Source of the DNA: the human T2T-CHM13v2.0 reference genome, Homo sapiens
Length of the DNA: 64,000 nt
Reading direction: 5' to 3' (one strand)
Assembly: GCF_009914755.1 (NCBI RefSeq)
Contig: NC_060929.1
Shown here: positions 44,601-61,238 of the stretch, piece by piece
How positions within the stretch are numbered: the first letter of the stretch is position 1
Layout: every line of letters starts with the position of its first letter
Translations under genes and position numbers: made by a program
The notes under the pieces: generated by a model
What the model was told of the DNA's origin: nothing
Database searches by the model: none
What the model saw: only the letters and a program-made list of their open reading frames with translations

Positions 44601-47600
44601 GTGAAGATATTCCCGTTTCCAACGAAGTCCTCAAAGCAGTCCATATATCCAATTACACATTCTACAAAAAGAGTGTTTCAAACTGCTCTATCAAAAGAAA
44701 TGTTAAACTCTGTGAGTTTAATGCACACATCACAAAGCACCTTCTGAGAATGCTTCTGCCTAGTTTTTACATGAAGATATTCCCTTTTCTACCATAGACC
44801 TCAAAGTGCTCCATATATCCACTTGCAGATTCTCCAAAAAGAGTGTTTCAAAACTGCTTATCAAAAGGAAGTTTCAAAACTGTGAGTTGAATGCCCATAT
44901 CACAAAGTAATTTCTGAGAATTATTCTGTCTAGTTTTTATGTGAAGATATTCCTGATTCCAATGAATGCCCCAAAGCACTCCAAATATCCACCTGCAGAT
45001 TCTACAAAAAGAGTGTTTCAAAACTGCTCTATCAAAAGGAAGGTTCAACTCCGTGAGTTGAATGCAAACATCACAAAGAAGTTTCTGAGAATGCTTCTGT
45101 CTAGGTTTTATGTGAAGGTATTCCCGTTTCCAACGAAAGCCTCATAGTGGTCAAAATATCCACATGCAGATTCTACAAAAAGAGTGTTTCAGAACTGATC
45201 TATCAAAAGAAAGTTTCAACTCTGTGAGTTGAATGCAAACATCAAAAAGAAGTTTCTGAGAATGCTTCCATCTAGACTTTATGTGAAGATATTTCCTTTT
45301 CCACCATAGTCAACAAAGTGTTCTAAATGTCCACTTCCAGATCCTATAAAAAGAGTGTTTCAAAACTGCTCTATCAATAGAAAGGTTAAACTCTGTGAGT
45401 TGAATGCACACATCAAAAATCAGTTTCTGAGAATGTTCATTTCTAGTTTTTATATGAAGATATTTCCTTTTCCACCATAGGCCTCATAGCGCTCCAAAAG
45501 CCATTTGCAGATTCACCAGAAAGAGTGTTTCAAAACTGTTGTATCAAAAAAAGGTTCAAAACTTTGAGTGGAATGCACATATCACAAATCAGTTTCTGAG
45601 AATTCTTCTGTCTACTTTTTATGTGAAGATATTCCCGTTTCCAATGAAGGCCCCAAAGCAGTCCAAATATCCACTTGAAGATTCTACAAAAAGAGTGTTT
45701 CAAAACTTCCCTATGAAAAGAAAGGTTCAACTCTGTGAGTTGAATGCAAACATCACAAAGAAGTTTCTGGAATGCTTCTGTCTCATTTTCATGTGAAGAA
45801 ATTTCCTTTTCCACCATAGCCCTCAGAGAGCTCCAAATGTCCACTTGCAGATTCTAAAAAAAAGTGTTTCAAAACTGCTCTGTCAAAAGGAGGGTTCAAC
45901 TCTGTGAGTTGAATACACACATCACAAAGAAGTTTCCGAGAATACTTCTGTCTAGTTTTTATGTGAAAATATTCCCGTTTCCAACGAAGGCCTCAAATGG
46001 GTCCAAATATCAACTTGCAGATTCTACAAAAAGAGTGCATCAAAACTGCTCTATCAAAAGGAAGGTTCAACCCTGTGACTTGAATACACACATCACAAAG
46101 GAGTTTCTGAGAATGCTTCTGTCTAATTTTTATGTGAAGGTATTCTAGTTTCCAAAGAAGGCTTCAAAGCACTCCAAATGTCCACTTGCAGATTATACAA
46201 AAAGAGTGTTTCTAAACTGCTCTATCAAAAGAATGGTTAAACTCTGGGAGTTGACTGCACACATCAAAAAGTAGTTTCTGAGATTGCTTCTTTCTAGTTT
46301 TTACATGAAGATATTCCCTTTTCCACCATACGACTCAAAAGACTCCAAATATCCACTTCCAGATTCTACAAAAAGAGTGTTTCAAAACTGCTCTATCAAA
46401 AGGAGGGTTCAACTTTGTTACCTGAATGTACACATCACAAAGTGGTTTCTGAGAATTCTTCTGCCTAATATTTATGTGAAGATATTCCCGTTTCCAAGGA
46501 AGGCTTCAATGCACTCCAAATATCCACTTGTAGACTCTACAAAAAGAGTGCTTCAAAACTGCTCTATCAAAAAGAAGGTTCAACTCTGTGATTTGAATGC
46601 ACATATCACAAAGAAGTTTCTAAGAATGCTTATGTCTTGTTTTTAAGTGAAGATATTCCCATTTCCAACGAAGGCTTCCAAGCACTCCAAATATACATTG
46701 GCAGATAGAACAAAAAGAGGGATTCCAAACTGCTCTATCAAAAGTAAGGTTCAAATCTGTGAGTTGAATGCATACACCACAAAGAAGTTTCTTAGAATGC
46801 TTCTGTTTAGTTTTCATGTAAAGATATTCCGGTTTCCAACGAAGGACTCGAAGCTCTCTAAGTATCCATTTGCAGATTCCACAAAAAGAGTGTTTCAAAA
46901 CTGCTCTATCAAAAGCAAGGTTCAACTCTGTGAGTTTAATGCACCCATCACAATGAAGTTTCTGAAAATGTTTCTGTCTAGTTTTTATGTGAAGTTATCC
47001 CCTTTTCCAACGAAAGCCTCAAAGCGGTCAAGACATCCACTTGCAGATCCTACAAAAAGAGTGTTTCGGAACTGCTCTATCAAAAGAAATGTTCAACCCT
47101 GTGAGTTGAATGCAAAAGTCACAAAACGTTTCTCAGAATGCTTCGGTATAGTTTTTATATGTATACGTTTCCTTTTCCATTATAGCCCTCAATATGCTAA
47201 AAAGGTACACTTATAGATTCTAAAAAAAGAGTGTTTCAAAACTGCTCTATCCAAAGAAAGGTTAAACTCTGTGAATTGAATGTACACATCACAAAGTAGT
47301 TTCTGAAAATGCTTCTGTCTAGTTTTTATATGAAGATATTTCCTTTTCTATCATAGGCCTGAAAGCACTCCAAATATCCACCTGCAGATTCTACAAAAAG
47401 AGTGTTTCAAAACTGCTCTATCAAAAGGAAGGTTCAACTCTGTGGGTTGAATGCACACATCACAAAGAAGTTTCTGAGAATGCTTCTGTCTAGTTTTTAT
47501 GTTAAGATATTCCTGTTTCCAACGAAGGCTTCAAAGCACTCCAAATATCCAGTTGCAGATTCTACTAAAAGAGTGTTTCAAAACGTCTCTCTCAAAAGGA

Positions 47601-49289
47601 AGGTTCAACTCTGTGAGTTGAATGCCCACATCACAAAGAAGTTTCTGAGAATGTTTCTGTCTAGTTTTTATGTGAAGATATTCCCGTTTCCAACGAAAGC
47701 TTCAAAGCACTCTGAATATCCACTTGCAGACTCTACAAAAGAGTGTTTCCAAACTGCTCTACCAAAAGGAAAGTTCAACTCTGTGAGTTGAATGGACACA
47801 TCACAAAGTAGTTTGTGAGAATGCGTCTGTCTAGCTTTTATGTGAAGATATTCCCGTTTCCAACGAAGGCTTCAAAGGACTCAAAATATAGACTTCCAGA
47901 TTCTACAAAAAGAGTGTGTCAAAACTGCTCTACCGAAAGAAATGTTCAAAACTGTGAGATGAATGCACACATCAGTAAGTAGTTTCTGAGAATGCTTCAG
48001 TCTAGTTTTTATGGGAAAATATTTCCGTTTCCAAAGAAGGCCTGAAAGCAGTCCAAATATCCACTTGCAGATTCTACAAAAAGATTGTTTCAAAACTGTT
48101 CTATGAAAAGAAATGTTCAACTCTGTGAGTTGAATGAGAACATCACAAAGAAGTTTCTGAGAATGCTTCTGTCTAGTTTTTATGTGAAGATATTTCCTTT
48201 TACACCACAGCCCTCCAAGTGCTCCAAATGTCCACTTGCAGATTCTACAAAAAAAAAGTGTTTCAAAACTGCTCTATCAAAAGGAAGGTTCAACTCTCTG
48301 AGTTGGATGCACTCATCCCAAAGAAGCTTCTGAGAATGCTTCTGTCTAGTTTTTATGTGAAGATATTCCCGTTTCCAAAGAAGGCTTCAATCTCTCCAAA
48401 TATCCACTAGCAGATTCTACAAAAAGAGTGTTTCAAAACTGCTCCATCAAAAGCAAGGTTCAACTCTGTGAGTAGAATGCAAACATCACAAAGAAGTTTC
48501 TGAGAATGATTCTGTCTAGTTTTTATGTAAAGATATTCCCTTTTCCAATGAAGACTTCAAAGCACTCCAAAAATCCACTTGCAGATCCTAGAAAAAGAGA
48601 GTTTCAATACTGCTCTATCAAAAGGAATGTTCAACTCTGTGAGTTGAATGAGCACATCAGAAAGAAGTTTCTGAGAATGGTTCGATCTAGTTTTATGTGT
48701 AGATAAAGTCGTTTCCAACGAAGTTCTCAAAGGGGTACAATTATGCACTTGCAGTTTCTACAAAAAGAGTGTTTCAAAACTGCTCTATGAAAAGAAAGGC
48801 TCAACTCTCTGAGTTGAATGCAGAAATCACAGACATGTTTCTGAGAATACTTCTGTCTAATTTTTATGTAAAGATATATCCTTTTCCACCATAGACCTCA
48901 AAGTGCTCCAAATGTCCACTTGCAGATATTACAAAAAGAGTTTTTTTGAAACTACTCTATCAAAAGAAAATTTAAACACTTTAGGTTGAATGCAGACGTC
49001 ACAAAGTAGTTTCTAAGAATGCTTCTTTCTAATTTTTATATGAAGACATTTCCTTTTCTACCATAGGCCTCAAAGCATTCCCAAAATCCACTTGCAGATT
49101 ACAGAAAAGGAATGTTTCAAAACCACTCTATCAAAAGGAGGGTTCAACTCCGTGAGCTGAATACACACATTCCAAAGAAGTTTCTTAGAATGCTTCTGTC
49201 TAGTTTTTATGTGAAGATATTCCAGTTTCCAACGAAGGCTTAAAGCACTCCTAATATCCACTTGTGGATTCTACAAAAAGAGTGTTTCA

Positions 49290-50340
49290 AAACTGCTCTA
49301 TCAAAAGAAAGGTTCAACTCTGTGAGTTGAATGCACACATCACAAAGTAGTTTCTGAGAATGCGTCTGTCAAGTTTTTATGTGAAGATACTCCCATTTTC
49401 AATGAAGGCATCAAATCAGTCCAAATATCCACCTGCAGATTCTACAAAAAGAGTTTTTCAAAACTGCTCTAACAAAAGAAAGGTTCAACTCTGTGAGTTG
49501 AATGCACACATCAAAAGAAGTTTGTGAGAATGCTTCTGTCTAGTTTTTATGTGAAGATATTTCCTTTTCCACCATAGCCTTCAAAGTGCTTCAAACATCC
49601 ACTTGCAGATTCTACAAAAAGAGTGTTTCAAAACTTCTCTAAGAAAAGAAAGGTTAATCTCTGTGAGTTGAATGCACACTTCACAAAGTAGTTTCTGAGA
49701 ATGCTTCTTTCTAGTTTTTATATGAATATATTTCCTTTTCTACCATAAGCCTCAAAGCCCTCAAACTATCCACTTGCAGATTCTGCAAAAAGAGTGTTTC
49801 AAAACTGCTCTATCAAAAGGAAGGCTCAACTCTGTGAGTTGAATGCACACATCACAAAGTAGTTTCTGAGAATGCGTCTGTCAAGTTTTTATGTGAAGAT
49901 ACTCCCATTTCCAATGAAGGCCTCAAATAAGTCCAAATATCCACCTGCAGATTGTACAAAAAGAGTTTTTCAAAACTGCTCCAACAAAAGAAAAGTTCAA
50001 CTCTGTGAGTTGAATGCACACATCAAAAGAAGTTTGTGAGAATGCTTCTGTCTAGTTTTTATGTGAAGATATTTCCTTTTCCACCATAGCCCTCAAAGTG
50101 CTTCAAATATCCACTTGCAGATTCTACAAAAAGAGTGTTTCAAACTTCTCTAAGGAAAGAAAGGTTAACCTCTGTGAGTTGAATGCACACTTCACAATGT
50201 AGTTTCTGAGAATGCTTCTTTCTAGTTTTTATATGAATATATTTCCTTTTCTACCATAAGCCTCAAAGCCCTCAAAATATCCACTTGCAGATTCTGCAAA
50301 AAAAGTGTTTCAAAACTGCTCTATTAAAAGGAAGGTTCAA
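49290..50340. repeat. Tandem duplication of a 3-monomer unit (~512 bp)
   Basis: tgcgtctgtcaagtttttatgtgaagatactcccatt at 49361 and 49873; downstream private variants also repeat. Ends approximate. Confidence 0.9.
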
Positions 50341-53300
50341 ATCTGTGAGCTGAATGCACTCATCACAATAAGTTTCTGAGAATGCTTCTGTCTAGTTTTT
50401 ATGTGAAGGAATTTCCTTTTCCACCACTGCCCTCAGAGTGCTCCAAATGTCCACATGCAGACACTACAAAAAGAGTGTTTCAAAACTGCTCTATCAAAAG
50501 AAAGGTTAAACTCTGTGAATTGAATGTACACATCACAAAGCAGTTTCTGAGAATGCTTCTTTCTAGTTTTTATGTGAAGATATTTCCTTTTCTCCATAGC
50601 CCTCAAAGGGTTCCAAATATCCACTTCCAGATTCTACAAAAAGAGTGTTACAAAACTGCTCAATCAAAAGAGGGGTTCACCTCTTGAAGTTGAATGGACA
50701 CATCACAAATGTTTCTGTGAATGCTTCTGTCTAGTTTTTATGTGAAGATATTACTGTTTCCATTGAAAGCTTCAAAGCACTCTAACTATCCACTTGTAGA
50801 TTCTACAAAAACAGGGTTTCAAATCTGCTCTATCAAAAGGAAGGTTCAAATCTGTGTGTTGAATGCACACATCACAAAGAAGTTTCTGAGAATGTTTCTG
50901 TCTAGTTTTTATCTGAGGATATTCCTGTTTCCAACGGAGGCCTGAAAGCAGTCCAAAAATCAACTTGCAGATTCTACAAAAAGAGTGTTTCAAAACTGCT
51001 CCATGAAAAGAAATGTTCAACTCTGTTAGTTAAATGCAAACATCACAAAGACGTTTCTGAGAATGCTTCATTCTAGTTTTTATGTGAATTTATTTCCTTT
51101 TCCAACTTAGCCTTCAAAGTGCTCCAAATATCCACTTGCAGATTCTACAAAAAGAGTGTTGTAAGACTGCTATATCAAAAGAAACGTTAATCTCTGTGAG
51201 TTGAGTGCACACATCCCATAGTAGTTTCTGAGAATGCTTCTTTCTAGTTTTTATATGAAGATATTTCCTTTTCTACCATAGGCCTCAAAGGGCTGCAAAT
51301 ACCCACTTGCAGATTCTAAAAAAGAGTGTTTCAAAACCGAGCTATCAAAGTAGTGTTCACTTCTATGAGTTGAATGCATTCATCACAAATAAGTTTCTGA
51401 GAATGCTTCTATCTAGTTTTTCTGTGAAGATATTTCCTTTTCCACCATAGCCCTCAATGTGCTCCAAAAGTCCACTTTCAGAATCTACAAAAATATTGTT
51501 TCAAAACTGCTCTATCAAAAGAAAAGTTAAACTCTGTGAGATAAATGCACACATCACAAAGTAGTTTCTGAGAATGCTTCTGTCTAGTTTTTATATGTAG
51601 ATATTTCCTTTTCTACCATAGGCCTCTAAGCACCCCAATTATCCAATTGCGGATTCTGCAAAAAGAGTGTTTCAAAATTGCTCTCTCAAAAGAAAGTTTA
51701 ACTCTGTGAGTTGTAAGCACACATCAAAAAGTAGTTTCTGAGACTGCTTCTTTCTAGTTTTTATATGAAGATATTTCCTTTTCTACTGTATTCCTCAAAG
51801 CGCTCCAAATATCCAATTGCAGATTCTACAAAAAGAGTGTTTCAAAACTGCTCTATCAAAAGGAAAGTTCAACTCAGTGAGTTGAATGCACACATCACAA
51901 AGAAGTTTCTGAGAATGCTTCTGTCTAGTTTTTAGGTAAAGATATTCCCGTTTCCAACGATGGCCTCAAAGCAGTCCAAATATCCACTTGCAAATTCTAC
52001 AAAAAGAGTGTTTCAAAACTGCTCAATGAAAAGGATGGTTCAACTCCGTGGGTTGAATGCAAACAACACAAAGAAGTTTCGGAGAATGCTTCTGTCTAGT
52101 TTTTATGTGAAGATCTTTCCTTTTCCACGATAGCCCTCACGTGCTCCAAATGTCCACATGCAGATGCTACAAAAGAGAGTTTCAACACTGCTCTGTCAAA
52201 AGAAACATTCAACTCTGTGAGTCGAATGCACACATCACAACTAGTTTCTGAGAATGCTTCTTTCTAGTTTTTATATCAAGATATTTCCTTTTGTACAATA
52301 GGCCTCAAAGGGCTCCAAATATGCACTTTCAGATCCTACAAAAACAGTGTTTCAAAACTTCTGTATCAAAACGAGTGTTCAACTCTGTGAGTTGAATGCA
52401 CACATAACAAAGTACTTTCTGAGAATGCTTCTGTCTCGTTTTTATGTGAAGATATTCCCGTTTCCAACAAAGGCCTCAAAGCAGTCCAAATATCCACTTG
52501 CAGATTCTTCAAAAAGTGTGTTTCAAAACTGCTCTATCAAAAGAAAGGTTGAACACTGTGAGTTGAATGCAAAAATCACAAAGAAGTTTCTGAGAATGCC
52601 TCTGTCTTGTTTTTATGTGATGATACTTCTTTTTTCACCATAGCCCTCAAAGTGCTCCATATGTCCACTTGCAGATTCCACAAAGAGAGTGTTTCAAAAC
52701 TTCTCTACCAAAAGAAATGTTCAACTCTGTGAGTTGAATGCACCCATCACAAAGAAGTTTCTGAGAATGCTTCTGTCTAGTTTTTATGTGAAGATATTTC
52801 CTTTTCCACCATATACCTTAAACTTCTACAAATGTCCACTTGCAGATTCTACAAAAAGAGTGTTTCAAAAGTGCTCTATCAAAAGAAAGTTTAACTCTGT
52901 GAGTTGAATGCAAACATCAGAAAGAAGTTTCTGAGAATGCTTCTGTCTAGAATTTATGTGAAGATATTTCTTTTTCCACCATAGCCCACAAAGTGTTCCA
53001 AATGTACAGTTTCAGATTCTACAAAAAGAGTGTTTCTAACTGCTCTTTCAAAAGAAAGGTTAAACTCTGTGAGATGAATGCACACATCACAAATTAGTTT
53101 CTAAGAATGCTTCTTTCTAGCTTTTATATGAAGATATTTCCTTTTTTACCATAGGCCTCAAAGTGCTCCAAATATTCACTTGCAGATTCTACAAAAAGAG
53201 GGTTTCAATACAGCTCTATCAAAAGGAGGTTTCAACTCTGTGAGTTGAACGCACACATCACAATGAAGTTTCTAATAATGCATCTGTCTAGTTTTCATGT

Positions 53301-53779
53301 GAAGATATTCCCGTTTCCAACGAAGGCTTCAAATTAGTCAAATTATCCACTTGCAGATTCTATAAAAAGAGTGTTTCAAAACTGCTCAATAAAAAGGAAT
53401 GTCTAAATCTGTGAGATGAATGCACACATCGCAAGGAAGTTTCTGAGAATGCTTCTGTCTAGTTTTTATATGAAGATATTCCGGTTTCCAATGAAGGCCT
53501 GAAAGCACTCCAAATATCTACTTGCAGATTCTACAAAAAGAGTGTATCAAAACTTCTCTATGAAAAGGAAGGTTCAACTCTGTGAGTTAAATGCACACAT
53601 TACAAGAAGTTTCTGAGAATGCTTCTGTCTGGTTTTTATGTGAAGATACTTTCTTTTCCACCAAAGACCTCAAAGAGCTCGACATGTCCACTTGCAGATT
53701 CTACAAAAAGAGTGTTTCAAAACTGCTCTATCAATAGGAAGGTTCAACTCTGTGAGTTGAATGCACACATCACAAAGAA

Positions 53780-54470
53780 CTTTCTGAGAATGCATCTTTC
53801 TAGTTTTTATGTGAAGATATACCCGTTTCCAACGAAGACTTCAAATTACTCCAATTATCCACTTGCAGATTGTACAACAAGTGTGTTCAAAACTGCTCTA
53901 TCAATAGGAATGTTCAACTCTGTGAGTTGAATGTCCACATCACAAAGAAGTTTCTGAGAATGCTTCTGTCTAGTTTTCACGTGAAGATATTCCCATTTCC
54001 AACGAAGGCCTCAAAGCAGTCCAAATGCCCAATGCAGATGCTACAAAAAGAGTGTTTCAAAACTGCTCTATCAAAAGAAAGGTGAATTATGTGAATTGTG
54101 AGCACACATCACAAAATAGTTTCTGAGAATGCATCTGTCTAGTTTTTATGTGAAGATATACCCGTTTCCAACGAAGACTTCAAATTACTCCAATTATCCA
54201 CTTGCAGATTGTACAAGCGTGTTCAAAACTGCTCTATCAATAGGAATGTTCAACTCTGTGAGTTGAATGTCCACATCACAAAGAAGTTTCTGAGAATGCT
54301 TCTGTCTAGTTTTCACGTGAAGATATTCCCATTTCCAACGAAGGTCTCAAAGCAGTCCAAATGTCCAATGCAGATTCTACAAAGAGTGTCTCAAAACTGC
54401 TCTATCAAAAGAAAGGTGAATTATGTGAATTGTGAGCACACATCACAAAGTAGTTTCTGAGAATGCTTCT
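53780..54470. repeat. Tandem duplication of a 2-monomer unit (~339 bp)
   Basis: acccgtttccaacgaagacttcaaattactcc at 53821 and 54160; tcaataggaatg, aatgtccacat and ggtgaattatgtgaattgtgagc repeated. Confidence 0.92.
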
Positions 54471-55435
54471 GTCTAGTTTTTATATGTAGATATTTCCTTT
54501 TCTACCATAGGCCTCTAAGCACCCCAATTATCCAATTGCGGATTCTGCAAAAAGAGTGTTTCAAAATTGCTCTATCAAAAGAAAGGTTTAACTCTGTGTG
54601 TTGAATGCACACATCACAAATAAGTTTCTGAGAATGCTTCCGTCTAGATTGTATGTGAAGATATTCCCGTTTACAAGGAAGGCCTCAAAGCAGTCCAAAT
54701 ATCCACTTGCAGATTCTACAAAAAGAGTGTTTCAAATCTGCTCTATGAAAAGAAACGTTCAACTCTGTGAGTTGAATGCAAATCTCAGAAAGAAGTTTCT
54801 GAGAATGCTTATGTCTAGTTTTTATGTGAAGGTATTTCCTTTTCCACCATAGCCCTCAAAGTTCTCCAAATATCTACTTGCATATTCTACAAAAAGATTT
54901 TTACAAAACTGCTCTATCTAAAGAAAGGTTAAACTCTGTGAGGTGAATGCACACATCACGAAGTAGTTTCCGAGAATGCTTCTTTCTAGTTTTCCTATGA
55001 AGATATTTCCTTTTCTACCATAGGGCTCAAAAGGTTCCAAATATCCACTTGCAGATTCTACAAAAAGAGTGTTTCAAAACTGCTCTATCAAAAGAAATTT
55101 TAAATTCTTTGAGTTCAATGCACACATCCAAAAGTAGTTTCTGAGAATGGATCCGTCTAGTTTTTTTTTTCTCCCCAGAAAATGGGTTGTTTTTTTTAAT
55201 TTTTATTTTTTTAATTTTTTAATTTTTTTTATTATACTTTAAGTTTTAGGGTACATGTGCATATTGTGCAGGTTAGTTACATATGTATACATGTGCCATG
55301 CTGGTGCGCTGCACCCACTAACTCGTCATCTAGGATTAGGTATATCTCCCGATGCTATCCCTCCCCCTTCCCCCCACCCAACCACAGTCCCCAGAGTGTG
55401 ATATTCCCCTTCCTGTGTCCATGTGATCTCATTGT

Positions 55436-59290
<3,855 letters not shown>

Positions 59291-59326
59291 TTAGTTGATG
59301 CAGTTTCTTCCTAGTCTCAATGGTCT

Positions 59327-60346
59327 TTACATTTTGGCATGATTTTGCAGTGGCTGGTACCAGTTGTTCCTTTCCATGTTTAGTGCTTCCTTCAGGAGCT
59401 CTTGTAAGGCAGGCCTGGTGGTGACAAAATCTCTCAGCATTTGCTTGTTTGTAAAGTATTTTATTTCTCCTTCACTTATGAAGCTTAGTTTGGCTGGATA
59501 TGAAATTCTGGGTTGAAAATTCTTTTCTTTAAGAATGTTTAATATTGGCCCCCACTGTCTTCTGGCTTGTAGAGTTTCTGCCGAGAGATCCACTGTTAGT
59601 CTGATGGGCTTCCCTTCGTGAGGGTAACCCGACCTTTCTCTCTGGCTGCCCTTAACATTTTTTCCTTCATTTCAACTTTGGTGAATCTGACAATTATGTG
59701 TCTCGGAGTTGCTCTTCTCGAGGAGTATCTTTGGGGTATTCTCTGTATTTACTGAATCTGAATGTTGGCCTGCTTTGGTAGATTGGGGCAGTTCTCCTGG
59801 ATAATATCCTGCAGAGTGTTTTCCAACTTGGTTCCATTCTCCCCATCACTTTCAGGTACACCAATCAGACGTAGATTTGGTCTTTTCACATAGTCCCATA
59901 TTTCTTGGAGGCTTTGCTCATTTCTTTTTATTCTTTTTTCTCTAAACTTCCCTTCTCACTTCATTTCATTCATTTCATCTTCCATCGCTGATACCCTTTC
60001 TTCCAGTTGATCGCATCGGCTCCTGAGGCTTCTGCATTCTTCAAGTAGTTCTCGAGCCTTGGTTTTCAGCTGCATCAGCTCCTTTAAGCACTTCTCTGTA
60101 TTGGTTATTCTAGTTATACATTCTTCTAAATTTTTTTCAAAGTTTTCAACTTCTTTGCCTTTGCTTTGAATGTCCTCCCATAGCTCAGAGTAATTTGATC
60201 GTCTGAAGCCTTCTTCTCTCAGCTCGTCAAAATCATTCTCCATCCAGCTTTGTTCCATTGCTGGTGAGGAGCTGCGTTCCTTTGGAGGAGGAGAGGCACT
60301 CTGCATTTTAGAATTTCCAGTTTTTCTGTTCTGTTTTTTTCCCCAT
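59327..60346 (-). pseudogene. L1 ORF1p, disrupted
   Basis: ATG at 60346 followed by a 7-A run (6 in the other copy), stop at 59956, 2-bp insertion at 59617-59618, C-terminus ...NHAKM at 59327. Confidence 0.96.
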
Positions 60347-61238
60347 CTTTGTGGTTTTATCTACTTTTGGTCTTTGATGATGGTGATGTACAGATGGGTT
60401 TTTGGTGTGGATGTGCTTTCTGTTTGTTAGTTTTCCTTCTAACAGACAGGACCCTCAGCTGCAGGTCTGTTGCAGTACCTGGCAGTATGAGGTGTCAGTG
60501 TGCCCCTGCTGGGGGGTGCCTCCCAGTTAGGTTTCTCGGGTGTCAGATGTCAGGGACCCACTTCAGGAGGCAGTCTGCCCATTCTCAGATCTCCAGCTGC
60601 GTGCTGGGAGAACCACTGCTCTCTTCAAAGCTCAGACAGGGACATTTAAGTCTGCAGAGGTTACTGCTGTTTTTTGTTGCCTGTGCCCTGCCCCCAGAGG
60701 TGGAGCCTACAGAGACAGGCAGGCCTCCTTGAGCTGTGGTGGGCTCCACCCTGTTCCAGCTTCCTGGCTGCTTTGTTTACCTAAGCAAGCCTGGGCAATG
60801 GCGGGCGCCACTCCCCCAGCCTCGCTGCCGCCTTGCAGTTTGAACTCAGACTGCTGTGCTAGCAATCAGCAAGACTTCGTGGGTGTAGGACCCTCTAAGC
60901 CAGGTGAGGGATACAATCTCGTGGTGCACCGTTTTTTAAGCCCGTTTGAAAAGCGCAGTATTCGGGTGGGAGTGACCCGATTTTCCAGGTGCCGTCCCTC
61001 ACCCCTTTCTTTGACTCAGAAAGGGAACTCCCTGACCCCTTGCATTTCCCAAGTGAGGCAATGCCTCGCCCTGCTTCGGCTCGCGCACAGTGCATGCACC
61101 CACTGACCTGCGCCCACTGTCTGGCACTCCCTAGTGAGATGAACCCGGTACCTCAGATGGAAATGCAGAAATCACCCATCTTCTGTGTCGCTCACGCTGG
61201 GAGCTGTAGACTGGAGCTGTTCCTATTCGGCCATCTTC
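60347..61238 (-). promoter_or_regulatory. L1 5'UTR, missing the first ~13 nt
   Basis: Begins GAAGATGGCCGAATAGG on the minus strand; short form without the 129-bp segment. Confidence 0.9.
60798..61106 (+). CDS. ORF0: L1 antisense ORF0-like open frame (102 aa)
   Basis: gcaATGg context. MAGATPPASLPPCSLNSDCCASNQQDFVGVGPSKPG... matches the primate L1 ORF0 N-terminus MAGAPPPASLPPCSLISDCCASNQ. Open frame only; no evidence of expression. Confidence 0.6.
   Translation: MAGATPPASLPPCSLNSDCCASNQQDFVGVGPSKPGEGYNLVVHRFLSPFEKRSIRVGVTRFSRCRPSPLSLTQKGNSLTPCISQVRQCLALLRLAHSACTH

Larger units (their letters stand above)
34188..55165 (-). repeat. Divergent alpha satellite; from ~36050 an irregular A/B mix with more A-box monomers
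   Basis: Continuous monomers. About 11 core-intact CENP-B boxes seen by eye in 21 kb. Confidence 0.98.
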
